NCBI GenBank assembly: GCA_038526325.1
Contig: JBCBGX010000001.1
Span: 1-46,772, forward strand
DNA from: Pseudomonadota bacterium
GTDB taxonomy: Bacteria; Pseudomonadota; Alphaproteobacteria; Rhodobacterales; Rhodobacteraceae
Direction: 5' to 3'
DNA length: 46,772 bases
Made by a program: the position numbers and the translations under genes. Each line of letters opens with the position of its first letter. The stretch's first letter is position 1. Positions 37,776 through 46,772 of the stretch are shown here, piece by piece. Below the pieces are notes generated by a model that was given only the letters and a program-made list of their open reading frames with translations, was not told the origin of the DNA and ran no database searches.

Positions 37776-38864
37776 ATGGCGCGAAGTTTTGAAATTGCGG
37801 TGTTCGAGGGAGATGGGATCGGTCCAGAGATTATGGCTCCAACCATTGATATTCTGAGGAAAATATCTGCATCATCGTTGGATTTTAATTTGATATTTAC
37901 CTCATACCCGGCCGGGGCCGCCCATTATGCCAAAACCAGGGAAAGCTTGCCCAAGACGTCGCTTGAGGCGGCTGGAAAAGCTGATGCGATTCTCTTGTCA
38001 GCGATGGGTCTGCCCGATGTCCGCTACGAAGACGGGACCGAAATTTCCCCACAGATTGATCTGCGCAAGGCGTTCGATCTGTTCGCCGGCGTGCGCCCTG
38101 TTCGTGTCATGGCCACAGATCGCACACCTCTAAAAATACCGGCCGGCCGCGCTATCGATTTCGTGCTTATCCGCGAAAGCACCGAAGGACTGTTTTACAG
38201 CCAAGGTGTCGGTGAGGTGACTGACGACGACGCCCGCGAGACTTTGCGGATCACCCGTGACGTCTCTGAAAAGCTGTTCAAATTCGCGTTCCAACTGGCG
38301 CAGGATCGCAAGAACACCGGTCAGGGCCCCGGCCGTGTGACCTGCGTGGACAAGGCAAATGTGTTCCGAGCCTTTGCTTTCTTCCGCAGCCTGTTCGATG
38401 CTGAGGCGGCAAAGCATTCTGACCTGACAGCTGATCATGCCTATGTCGATGCGACGGCGCTCTGGATGGTGCAAAAGCCATGGGAATTCGACGTTCTGGT
38501 GACCGAAAATATGTTTGGTGACATTCTTTCGGATCTTGGGGCCGGTCTGATGGGGGGGCTGGGGCTGGCCCCATCCGCAGATATCAGGCTGGACCACGCG
38601 GTCTTTCAGCCTTGTCACGGATCCGCGCCGGATATCGCCGGACAAGACAAGGCCAACCCAATCGCGATGATCTTGTCGGCAGCAATGATGCTTGAATGGC
38701 TGGGGTTACGGCATGATGTGCCGGCCTTGATCACCGATGGCCAACGCATTCGGGACGCGGTGGATGTGACGCTGGCCAATCCATCCGTCCTGACGCCCGA
38801 CTTGGGCGGGTCAGGCACCACAGCAGGTGTGGGTCGCGCTGTTCTGAGCACGCTGACCCTATGA
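37776..38864 (+). CDS. Isocitrate/isopropylmalate/tartrate dehydrogenase-family protein (atypical paralogue)
   Basis: GDGIGPEI, LRK..DLFAGVRP, IRESTEG, VDKANV, YVD, ENMFGDILSD, HGSAPDIAG, ANP.A.ILS. Confidence 0.9.
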   Translation: MARSFEIAVFEGDGIGPEIMAPTIDILRKISASSLDFNLIFTSYPAGAAHYAKTRESLPKTSLEAAGKADAILLSAMGLPDVRYEDGTEISPQIDLRKAFDLFAGVRPVRVMATDRTPLKIPAGRAIDFVLIRESTEGLFYSQGVGEVTDDDARETLRITRDVSEKLFKFAFQLAQDRKNTGQGPGRVTCVDKANVFRAFAFFRSLFDAEAAKHSDLTADHAYVDATALWMVQKPWEFDVLVTENMFGDILSDLGAGLMGGLGLAPSADIRLDHAVFQPCHGSAPDIAGQDKANPIAMILSAAMMLEWLGLRHDVPALITDGQRIRDAVDVTLANPSVLTPDLGGSGTTAGVGRAVLSTLTL

Positions 38865-39874
38865 CCTTGCGCGTCGCGTGTGTGGGAGCAGGGTACTTTA
38901 GCCAATTTCACATCGACAGTTGGCGCCGCATACCGCAGGTGGATCTGGTCGGCGTCTGTGATCAGGATCGATCAAAAGCCGATGCCACCGGTGCGCCCGC
39001 CTTTGCGGATATGCGCCAGATGTTTGATGCGGTGGCCCCCGAGATCATAGATCTCATCTTGCCACCCTCCGCCCATGCCGATGCAATCCGCACAGCGCTG
39101 TCCTGCCACACCGCGAAAGTGATCATTTGCCAAAAACCGTTTTGCCTAAATCTCGAAGAAGCCCGGACGATGGTGGACTTGGCGCATGACGCAGGCGTGT
39201 CGCTGATCGTGCACGAGAATTTTCGCTTTCAGCCGTGGTACCGGAAGATCAAAGAAGTTCTGGACGCAGGCAATTTGGGCGACGTGCACCAAATGACTTT
39301 TCGGCTGCGCCCCGGCGACGGGCAGGGACCGGACGCTTATCTGTCCCGCCAACCATACTTTCAAAAGATGGACAGGTTTTTGATCCATGAAACAGCAGTG
39401 CATTGGGTCGATACCTTTCGCTACCTCTTTGGTCCGCCCCACGCCGTTTATGCCGATCTACGGCGGGTCAACCCCGTGATCGCGGGTGAAGATGCGGGCT
39501 ATGTCATCTTTGACCATGCTGGCAGTGTGCGTGCGCTCTTTGATGGCAACCGGTTGCTTGATTACGCCGCCGATAACACAAGGCGCACAATGGGTAAGGC
39601 CATGGTCGAGGGCAGCACCGGCGTTTTAACGCTTCGGGGTGATGGATCCTTGCACCTGCGACCCTTCGGATCAATGACAGAAACCTGTGTTTTGCCACCG
39701 GATCCGCACAACGGATTTGGGGGCGATTGCACCCACGCATTGCAATTACACGTGGTTTTGGGTCTAAATGACGGCCAAGCGCTGGAAAACTTGGCCGGTG
39801 ACTACCTGAACGTCATCCGGATAGAAGAGGCGATCTATCGGTCTGCTGAGACAGGTCAAAAAGTGAAAGTTTAA
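38861..39874 (+). CDS. Gfo/Idh/MocA-family NAD(P)-dependent sugar dehydrogenase
   Basis: GAGYFS, ICQKPF, VHENFRFQP, HWVD, GED. Confidence 0.9.
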   Translation: MTLRVACVGAGYFSQFHIDSWRRIPQVDLVGVCDQDRSKADATGAPAFADMRQMFDAVAPEIIDLILPPSAHADAIRTALSCHTAKVIICQKPFCLNLEEARTMVDLAHDAGVSLIVHENFRFQPWYRKIKEVLDAGNLGDVHQMTFRLRPGDGQGPDAYLSRQPYFQKMDRFLIHETAVHWVDTFRYLFGPPHAVYADLRRVNPVIAGEDAGYVIFDHAGSVRALFDGNRLLDYAADNTRRTMGKAMVEGSTGVLTLRGDGSLHLRPFGSMTETCVLPPDPHNGFGGDCTHALQLHVVLGLNDGQALENLAGDYLNVIRIEEAIYRSAETGQKVKV

Positions 39875-39877
39875 ATT

Positions 39878-40555
39878 ATGTCCGCCGTCGCACCGAAGCC
39901 CAAAAGCAACTCTGCCGTGGCCCTTGAAGAACTGCGACACCTGATTTTTTCGGGCGAACTGCCGGCCGGATCCGACCACTTGGAAAGCGAATTGGCCGCA
40001 CGGCTGGGCATGTCACGGACGCCTGTGCGCGAAGCTGCGCTGCAACTGGAAGGTCAGGGGCTGTTAAAGGTGCGTGCGCGCAAAGGCGTCCGAATTCTGC
40101 CAATCTCCATCGAAGACATGATCGAAATATACGATGTGTTGACGGAATTAGAAAGCATGGCGGCGGCAAGTGCCGCCAAAAAGGGCTATGACCCAAAGCA
40201 GCTTCAAACCCTGGAACGGACGATAACCGATATGGAAGCGGCATTGTCAGCTGCAGATCGCGATGCTTGGGCCGCCGCCGATGACGCATTCCATGCCGAG
40301 CTTGTCCAATTGGGTGGCAATTCCCGGGTGGTGGCGATTGTCGGTCAGATGGTTGATCAGGTTCGGCGTGCCAAGGCCGTCACCCTCTACATGCGTCCGC
40401 TTCCGACACAATCGAACAAAGATCACCGCAGCGTTTTAGAGGCTATTTCAGATGGTGATCCACAGGCCGCGCATGACATTCACTACGCGCATCGCACGGC
40501 GGCCAAGAATGTACTGATTACCCTTTTGCGGCAAAACCGGCTGCATAATCTATAG
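39878..40555 (+). CDS. GntR-family (FCD domain) transcriptional regulator
   Basis: ESELAARLGMSRTPVREA wHTH, EIYDVLTELE, DDAFH, DHRSVLEAI..GD. Confidence 0.93.
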   Translation: MSAVAPKPKSNSAVALEELRHLIFSGELPAGSDHLESELAARLGMSRTPVREAALQLEGQGLLKVRARKGVRILPISIEDMIEIYDVLTELESMAAASAAKKGYDPKQLQTLERTITDMEAALSAADRDAWAAADDAFHAELVQLGGNSRVVAIVGQMVDQVRRAKAVTLYMRPLPTQSNKDHRSVLEAISDGDPQAAHDIHYAHRTAAKNVLITLLRQNRLHNL

Positions 40556-40721
40556 ACCTCACCGTGTGAAACAGCGCCCACACCGTGTAAATGGGGGTGC
40601 TAAACCGTTGTATTTTCGCGCGACCGCCCCGCGATACTGGTAACATTCCAAAACAATCCTTAGGTATTGAAGGCTGGCGATCTTGTGGCGGTCAAAGGCC
40701 CCGATTTTAAGGATAGGATCG

Positions 40722-41864
40722 ATGCAAATTCAAAAAGACACCGATTTGACAGGTCGCCTGGAATTTGAAAGTGACGCTGGATCTGGACGGTCAAAGTGGG
40801 TCGCCATCGGGATAGCGCTCTTGCTGTTTGTCTGGATGGGCAGTGGTTTTGTTCTGCCAAGCGAAACGCCTTCGCAGACCGTCGAAGACACGGATGTTCA
40901 ACGTGTTGCCGTGGCCGTCACTCCGTCGGTTGCAGAGGATGTGATGCTGGTTCTAACAGCAGAGGGGCAGTCTATGCCCGACCGCATCACCAGCATTCGT
41001 GCCGAAGCCGGCGGGCAGGTGACGCAGGTTTTGGCCGCCCGGGGTGACTTTGTTGAAGCTGGGCAAGAGCTTGGTCGCGTTGACGCCGAAACAGCGCGGG
41101 CGCAGCTTTTGCAGGCACAAACATCCCTGCAGCAGGCCAAACGTGACTTTGACAATGCTGTGGCCCTACAGGTACGCGGCGTGGCAACCGAAGATCGGGT
41201 CAGCCAAGCGCGCGCGGCCCAAGCCGCCGCCGAAGCCGCCGTCACTCAAGCGCAGCAGCAATTGGACAATACCGTCATCCGCGCCCCTTTCCCCGGTCGT
41301 CTGAATGATTTGACGCTCGACCAGGGTGAATTTGTGGGCATTGGCGATGTTGTTGCCGAAGTTGTGGACAATGACCCTTTGACCGTGATGATCCAGGTCC
41401 CACAAATCGCCTTATCGCGTATAGAAACAGGGCAAATGGCCGAGGTGGAGTTTATTACTGGCGAGAAGCGGACGGGTCAGGTCGGCTTTGTCGGCAGCAA
41501 CGCGGACCAGCAAACGCGGACCTTCCGGGTCGAGATCGTGTTCGAGAACCCAGACAGTGTGATGCCAGCTGGCCTGAGCGCTCGCATCACAATTCCCACC
41601 GGTCAGGCCCGGGGGCATTTTATTTCGCCTGCGATCTTGTCCCTGGGGACTGAAGGGGAGCTAGGCGTCAAAACGGTCGACGCCGATGACACCGTCTCCT
41701 TCTCTGCGGTGGATATTGTGCGTGCACAGACCGATGGCATCTGGGTCACAGGACTATCGGATAAGGTCGACATCATTACTGTAGGTCAGGGTTTCGTAAA
41801 TTCTGGGGATGTCGTGGATCCACGCGTCCAGCCTGCGACCTCACAGGTTGGGGTCAACCAATGA
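40722..41864 (+). CDS. RND efflux periplasmic adaptor (MFP)
   Basis: N-terminal TM, IRAEAGGQV, IRAPFPG, TRTFRVE, PAGLSA. Start trimmed to ATG 40722. Confidence 0.92.
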   Translation: MQIQKDTDLTGRLEFESDAGSGRSKWVAIGIALLLFVWMGSGFVLPSETPSQTVEDTDVQRVAVAVTPSVAEDVMLVLTAEGQSMPDRITSIRAEAGGQVTQVLAARGDFVEAGQELGRVDAETARAQLLQAQTSLQQAKRDFDNAVALQVRGVATEDRVSQARAAQAAAEAAVTQAQQQLDNTVIRAPFPGRLNDLTLDQGEFVGIGDVVAEVVDNDPLTVMIQVPQIALSRIETGQMAEVEFITGEKRTGQVGFVGSNADQQTRTFRVEIVFENPDSVMPAGLSARITIPTGQARGHFISPAILSLGTEGELGVKTVDADDTVSFSAVDIVRAQTDGIWVTGLSDKVDIITVGQGFVNSGDVVDPRVQPATSQVGVNQ

Positions 41865-44800
41865 ACACGCTGATTGATGCCGCATTCAACCGCAGCAAAG
41901 TCGTTCAGCTGTTGCTCGTTTTCTTAATGGCGGTTGGCACATACGCCTATGTGGCGATCCCAAAGGAAAGCAATCCAGAGGTGCCGATCCCGGTTGTCTA
42001 TGTCTCTGCAAGCCTTGACGGTATCTCGCCCGAGGATGCGGAAGATGTGTTGATCCAGCCGATGGAGGCTGAATTTGCGTCATTGACCGGTCTTAAAACC
42101 ATGACCGCCACAGCCAGCGAAGGGCGCGGCAGTGTCCAGTTGGAATTCGAACCTGGCTTCGATTCTGACGAGGCGCTCGATCAGGTGCGTGAAGCCGCCG
42201 ACAAGGCTGAAAACGAGTTGCCGCAAGACGCCAATATGACGGTGACCGAAATAAACACGGCACTCTTCCCAATCCTGACGGTCATCTTGTCAGGGCCAGT
42301 GCCGGAACGGACCCTAAATAGCCTTGCCGATGGTCTGCGCGACGACATTGAATCGCTCAGCGGCGTGCTAGAGGTCGATGTGGCTGGCAAGCGCACCGAA
42401 CTTCTTGAGGTGCTGATCGATCCGACGGTATTTGAAACCTACAACATCACATTTGATGAACTGATCAACGCCATCACACGGAACAACCAATTGATTGCCG
42501 CTGGCGCAATTGAAAGCGAAGCCGGGCGTCTGGTGCTAAAGGTCCCGGGGCTGATCGAAACGTTTGAAGATGTGATGGAGATGCCCATTCTGGTGCGCGG
42601 TCAGACTGTTGTGACCTTTGCTGATGTGGCCACCATCCGCCAGACCTTCGAAGACCCCACAGGCTTTGCCCGCATCAACGGCCAACCGGCCCTGGCGCTA
42701 GAGATCAAGAAACGGGTCGGTGCCAACATCATCGAAACGGTCTCAGATGTCCGACAAGTGATTGAGACTGCGCAGGGTGATTGGCCCGACACGGTCGAGG
42801 TGCGCTATACGCTCGATGAAAGCGAAACCGTCAAGGACATGCTGTCTGATCTGGAGGCGAATGTCATAGCGGCCATCATTCTGGTGATGATCGTTGTGGT
42901 CTACGCGCTCGGCCTGCGGTCGTCGCTTTTGGTGGGGCTGGCGATTCCGGGCGCGTTTCTGACCGGGGTCGCAGCGCTCTATTTCATGGGTTACACGATG
43001 AACATCGTTGTCCTGTTCTCGCTAATCCTTGTGGTCGGCATGCTGGTCGATGGGGCAATTGTGACCGTCGAACTGGCCGACCGCTACCTGTATGAAGGCG
43101 ACAGTCCCGCGCGCGCCTATGCCCGTGCCGCCAAACGCATGGCGTGGCCGATCATCGCCTCTACCGCAACAACCCTCTGCGTGTTCTTTCCGCTGTTGTT
43201 CTGGTCCGGCGTTGTGGGTGAGTTCATGAAGTTTCTGCCGATCACTGTTATAGCCACACTGGTAGCCTCACTTTTCATGGCGCTCGTGTTTATCCCTGTC
43301 ATGGGTGGACTGATCGGCAAGCGCCGCGCGCAAACGGCACAGGCCAAAGCACAGCTTTACGCCGCTGAACGCGGGGATCCACGTCAGATGACCGGTTTCA
43401 TGGGCGGCTATGTGCGCGTTTTGCAATTGTCGATTTTGCGGCCCTGGACCACTCTTAGCCTGGCCGTCATCGCCCTTGTCGGGTCCTTCGTGGCCTATGC
43501 GAATTTTGGCACTGGCCTGACCTTTTTCCCCGAGGTGGAGCCTGAATATGCGCAGGTTAATGTCCGAGCAAAAGACAACTTTTCTGTCTATGAACAGGAT
43601 GCCCTTGTCCGCCAGGTTGAAGCCCGACTTGCGGGCTACAGCGAGATCGCCAGCGTATATGCGCGCTCGGGCAGCTCGGGGCAGGGCGGTGACACTATCG
43701 GTTCGATCCAATTGGAACTGGCCGATTGGGACACCCGCCGCCCAGTGGTTCAGATCGCCGAAGATATCCGCACTGACATGGCCGAAATTCCGGGGATCGA
43801 GATCGTCGTGGAAACGGATTCCGGCGCCCCGGGTGGCGGCAAACCCATTAATCTAGAGGTGCTAGGCCGGATTTCTGCAGATCAAGAGCGGGCGGTTGGC
43901 ATGATCTTGGCTGAAATGACGCGCCTGGGCGGGTTTATCGATGTGGTCGACAGCCGCCCGGATGCGGGTGTCGAATGGCTGATCGAGGTGGACAGATCCG
44001 AAGCTGCACGCAGCGGTGCGGATGTTGCGTTGTTGGGCCAGGCCGTGCAACTTTTGACCCGAGGCATCACAGTGGACGATTACCGGCCCGAAGGCAGCGA
44101 TGATGATGTGGATATCGTCGTGCGCTTTCCGGCAGCGGACCGGACGCTTGCCGAACTTGAAGCACTGCGCGTGCCCACCAATGCGGGTCTTGTGCCAATC
44201 TCGAACTTCGTGTCCTTCAACCCCGCCCCGCAAAGCGGTGTGATCACCCGGATCGACCAGTCGCGCGTCATTACCATTTCGGCGGATGTGGCACCCGGTG
44301 TGTTGGCCAATGACCAGATCCTCGCCTTGCAGACGGCCCTTGACCGGCTTGATCTTCCGGCCAGCGTCACCGTCAATTTCGCGGGCGAAGCCGAGGATCA
44401 GGCCGAAGCCATGACATTCCTGATCGGCGCATTCCTGTCGGCCATCGGGCTGATGTTCCTGATCCTGCTCACACAGTTCAACAGCTTCTGGCAGGCCTTT
44501 ATCGTCATGTCGGCCATTGTGTTTTCGGTGGCAGGTGTCTTGCTGGGGCTTCTCATCACGGGCCGCCCCTTTGGTGTTGTGATGGGCGGGATCGGAGTGA
44601 TCGCGCTTGCCGGGATCGTCGTGAACAACAACATCGTCCTGATCGACACGTTCAACCAGATCAAGGCACAAGGCGTGTCTTCGCTCGAAGCGGCCTTGCG
44701 GACCGGCGCGCAACGTTTGCGTCCCGTGGTACTGACATCCGTCACCACCGCGCTGGGCCTGATGCCGATGGTGATCGGGCTCAACATCAACTTTTTCACC

Positions 44801-44980
44801 CGGGAAATCGTCTATGGCGCCCCCTCAACCCAATGGTGGACAGAGCTTTCCGCCGCCATCGCGGGCGGGCTTGTCTTCGCCACGATCCTTACACTGCTGG
44901 TCACCCCAGCCATGCTAATGCTGGGGGAACGCCGCGCCAAACGGTTCGAAACTAGCCCGGCATTGGCACCCGCGGAATAG
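41861..44980 (+). CDS. RND efflux permease (AcrB/AcrD/AcrF family)
   Basis: 1039 aa, GMLVDGAIV, PIIASTATT, GIVVNNNIVLID, RLRPVVLTS. Confidence 0.95.
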   Translation: MNTLIDAAFNRSKVVQLLLVFLMAVGTYAYVAIPKESNPEVPIPVVYVSASLDGISPEDAEDVLIQPMEAEFASLTGLKTMTATASEGRGSVQLEFEPGFDSDEALDQVREAADKAENELPQDANMTVTEINTALFPILTVILSGPVPERTLNSLADGLRDDIESLSGVLEVDVAGKRTELLEVLIDPTVFETYNITFDELINAITRNNQLIAAGAIESEAGRLVLKVPGLIETFEDVMEMPILVRGQTVVTFADVATIRQTFEDPTGFARINGQPALALEIKKRVGANIIETVSDVRQVIETAQGDWPDTVEVRYTLDESETVKDMLSDLEANVIAAIILVMIVVVYALGLRSSLLVGLAIPGAFLTGVAALYFMGYTMNIVVLFSLILVVGMLVDGAIVTVELADRYLYEGDSPARAYARAAKRMAWPIIASTATTLCVFFPLLFWSGVVGEFMKFLPITVIATLVASLFMALVFIPVMGGLIGKRRAQTAQAKAQLYAAERGDPRQMTGFMGGYVRVLQLSILRPWTTLSLAVIALVGSFVAYANFGTGLTFFPEVEPEYAQVNVRAKDNFSVYEQDALVRQVEARLAGYSEIASVYARSGSSGQGGDTIGSIQLELADWDTRRPVVQIAEDIRTDMAEIPGIEIVVETDSGAPGGGKPINLEVLGRISADQERAVGMILAEMTRLGGFIDVVDSRPDAGVEWLIEVDRSEAARSGADVALLGQAVQLLTRGITVDDYRPEGSDDDVDIVVRFPAADRTLAELEALRVPTNAGLVPISNFVSFNPAPQSGVITRIDQSRVITISADVAPGVLANDQILALQTALDRLDLPASVTVNFAGEAEDQAEAMTFLIGAFLSAIGLMFLILLTQFNSFWQAFIVMSAIVFSVAGVLLGLLITGRPFGVVMGGIGVIALAGIVVNNNIVLIDTFNQIKAQGVSSLEAALRTGAQRLRPVVLTSVTTALGLMPMVIGLNINFFTREIVYGAPSTQWWTELSAAIAGGLVFATILTLLVTPAMLMLGERRAKRFETSPALAPAE

Positions 44981-45181
44981 GTTTCAAAAGGCTAACTTTT
45001 ACGTCCATGTTTGGCTGTCGAGCCTTTTCAAGTTCGAAGCAAAGCGAACTTGCATGTCTTTGTAGATTGGTTCTTGATGACCGATAGAGATGGACGGCTC
45101 ATAACGAATTGATCGCTATCGCATCAGCTACCATGCTTGACTAACAGGGGATGGCTTCCGTATCGGAACTCGATGACCAAT

Positions 45182-45730
45182 ATGAGATATCTACTTCTTC
45201 TACCAACCCTGATAGTCTTGGGTTCTCCATCATATGCGGAAAGCCAAGCCTCGCTCGCTGCGGCTATCGAAGATGCAGCCACGAACGAATATCAAGATGA
45301 GCGGCATTCCGTTGAGATTGAAGGGTGTCTGATGACAACCTTCAGGTGGCGGGACCGGCCGGGACATGGATGGGTTCTTTGGACCTCTGTCCAAGTTGAT
45401 ATGGTTGACGCTGAAATCAACGAAAATGCTTTACGGCCGGGAGAGAAGTTTGGCTATGCTGTTCGCGATCCGGGACCACCAGAAATCGGATTTGGACTTA
45501 TTGGTTTTACAATGCGTCCCGCCACTCTTGCACGACAAGAACGCTCCATTCTGCGGGAACCATCAATGGAAACCGCACCCTCCCCAAGAGGAGACGGTAC
45601 TACGCATTATTATGAGTATCGAGAGGAGTTCTTCTTCACGCTGGAAGGACCAAATGTTGGAGATAAATTACGCAGCTTTCCAATACTATATGATCGATAT
45701 ATCGAAAATTACTGCACTTTTACGGGTTGA
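45182..45730 (+). CDS. Hypothetical secreted protein, lower GC than its neighbours
   Basis: ORF 45137-45730. MRYLLLLPTLIVLGSPSYA signal peptide. No recognised motif. Start uncertain. Confidence 0.65.
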   Translation: MRYLLLLPTLIVLGSPSYAESQASLAAAIEDAATNEYQDERHSVEIEGCLMTTFRWRDRPGHGWVLWTSVQVDMVDAEINENALRPGEKFGYAVRDPGPPEIGFGLIGFTMRPATLARQERSILREPSMETAPSPRGDGTTHYYEYREEFFFTLEGPNVGDKLRSFPILYDRYIENYCTFTG

Positions 45731-46011
45731 TTTGAAAGAAGCCCTTCGTGCAACGCGCCGCACGCTTCGTCTGGATTGATCGACGATTTTCGCCCGGTAC
45801 CATCGCAATGGCAGCTTTGAAACATCCCCAACAGCTAAAACTGCCCTGACAGCGCACCTCTCTGCACACTGCATTAGGACGGAACCACTAGCTCTTTTTG
45901 TAGGCGCGGATGTACAGCCCCTGCTGCTACAATGTCCTGACGTTACCGTTTTCCCATCTTCACAAATGCGGCTTTCCCTTTAGTGTGGTTGGGAAGTTTT
46001 GGGAGGAACGG

Positions 46012-46772
46012 ATGGTTGCAGACGAAAAACCATGGACGGCATTCTATGGTCCCTCGGTACGCGCGGATATTGGCGATCCGCAATTCCGGACAATCGGTGA
46101 CTTTGTCAGTGCCACCGCCGACACTTATGGTGATTTGCCCGCGTTCACGACCTGCCTGCCCAATGGGATGAATGGCACGCTGACGTTTAAGCAAGCGGAT
46201 GAAATGTCAGATGCGCTCGCCGTCTATCTGCGTGATATCGCGGGCCTCAATGCCGGTGACCGGGTGGCCGTTCAGGTGCCCAATTGCCTAGCCTATCCTG
46301 TCATGGCCATGGCGATCTTCAAGGCCGGATGCGTGCTGGTCAACGTCAACCCGCTTTATACGGCCGAGGAAATGGCCAAGCAGTTCGAAGATGCTGAGCC
46401 CTCGGCCATCCTGATTGCCGATATGTTCGCCGACAAACTGGTTGAGGCGTTGCACGGCCACCCGATCCCGAACGTGATCATTACTCGCGTGGCCGAATTC
46501 ATGCCCGCCTTGCCGAAATGGATCGTCGGTCTTGTCCAGAAATACTGGGACCAGACGATCAAACCGATCACGCTTGCCCATATCCGCCTACCTGACGCGA
46601 TCGCCGCAGGGCGCGCAAAACACGCTGACCTACATAACCCGGTTGAGGAATACCGCAGCACCGTCGCACCCGATGATATCGCGTGCCTGCAATATACCGG
46701 CGGGACGACGGGTGTCTCCAAAGGCGCGATGCTGACCCATGCCAATCTGCTCAGCAATATGGAGCAGACGAT
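46012..46772 (+). CDS. fadD: Long-chain-fatty-acid--CoA ligase (partial, runs off window)
   Basis: GGAGG RBS, MVADEKPWTAFY, GDRVAVQVPN, VNVNPLYT, LQYTGGTTGVSKGAMLTH AMP-binding motif. Missing from the ORF track because there is no stop in the window. Confidence 0.9.
   Translation, partial: MVADEKPWTAFYGPSVRADIGDPQFRTIGDFVSATADTYGDLPAFTTCLPNGMNGTLTFKQADEMSDALAVYLRDIAGLNAGDRVAVQVPNCLAYPVMAMAIFKAGCVLVNVNPLYTAEEMAKQFEDAEPSAILIADMFADKLVEALHGHPIPNVIITRVAEFMPALPKWIVGLVQKYWDQTIKPITLAHIRLPDAIAAGRAKHADLHNPVEEYRSTVAPDDIACLQYTGGTTGVSKGAMLTHANLLSNMEQT

Noticed and set aside
37776-38864. Housekeeping leuB
   Set aside because: No leuC/leuD nearby, it lacks the RELTGGIYFG signature, and it sits in a catabolic GntR operon.
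43862-44713. 283-aa antisense ORF in the RND gene, and similar shadow ORFs throughout
   Set aside because: These are typical high-GC antisense frames with no motifs, lying opposite well-conserved genes.
1-46772. CRISPR array, tRNA/tmRNA/rRNA, IS element, prophage or defence genes
   Set aside because: I saw no regularly spaced repeats, cloverleaf or rRNA signatures, or transposase, integrase or nuclease motifs. ssrA is not evident next to smpB.

Overview
This window is chromosomal DNA of moderately high GC from an alphaproteobacterium. Gene order (tlpA/argH-lipoprotein-lysA-TIGR02302-zinc-ribbon/ftsEX-plsC-accA, mcl1-tyrB-sseA-smpB, dapA/slt, split mnmC) points to Rhodobacteraceae/Roseobacteraceae. 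I found no rRNA, tRNA, CRISPR, transposase or phage genes. Three features stand out. (1) An intragenic inversion at 50-168: the N-terminal coding segment of a UPF0261/Tm-1-like gene is reversed between perfect 23-bp inverted repeats, and flipping 73-145 restores an open frame from ATG 36. (2) A divergent, GntR-linked acid-sugar catabolic locus (34.4-40.6 kb) carries otnK/otnC but none of the canonical ltnD/denD/otnI. It instead has a Gfo/Idh/MocA dehydrogenase, an MBL lactonase, an ABM/LsrG-like protein and an atypical IPMDH-family enzyme, followed by pxpBCA and two cupins, so it is a candidate undescribed route into 3-oxo-tetronate metabolism. (3) Gene lesions are dense: an inversion, a microhomology deletion, three in-frame stops and a homopolymer frameshift, all in non-essential genes. 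Family assignments come from recognised motifs, not database searches.
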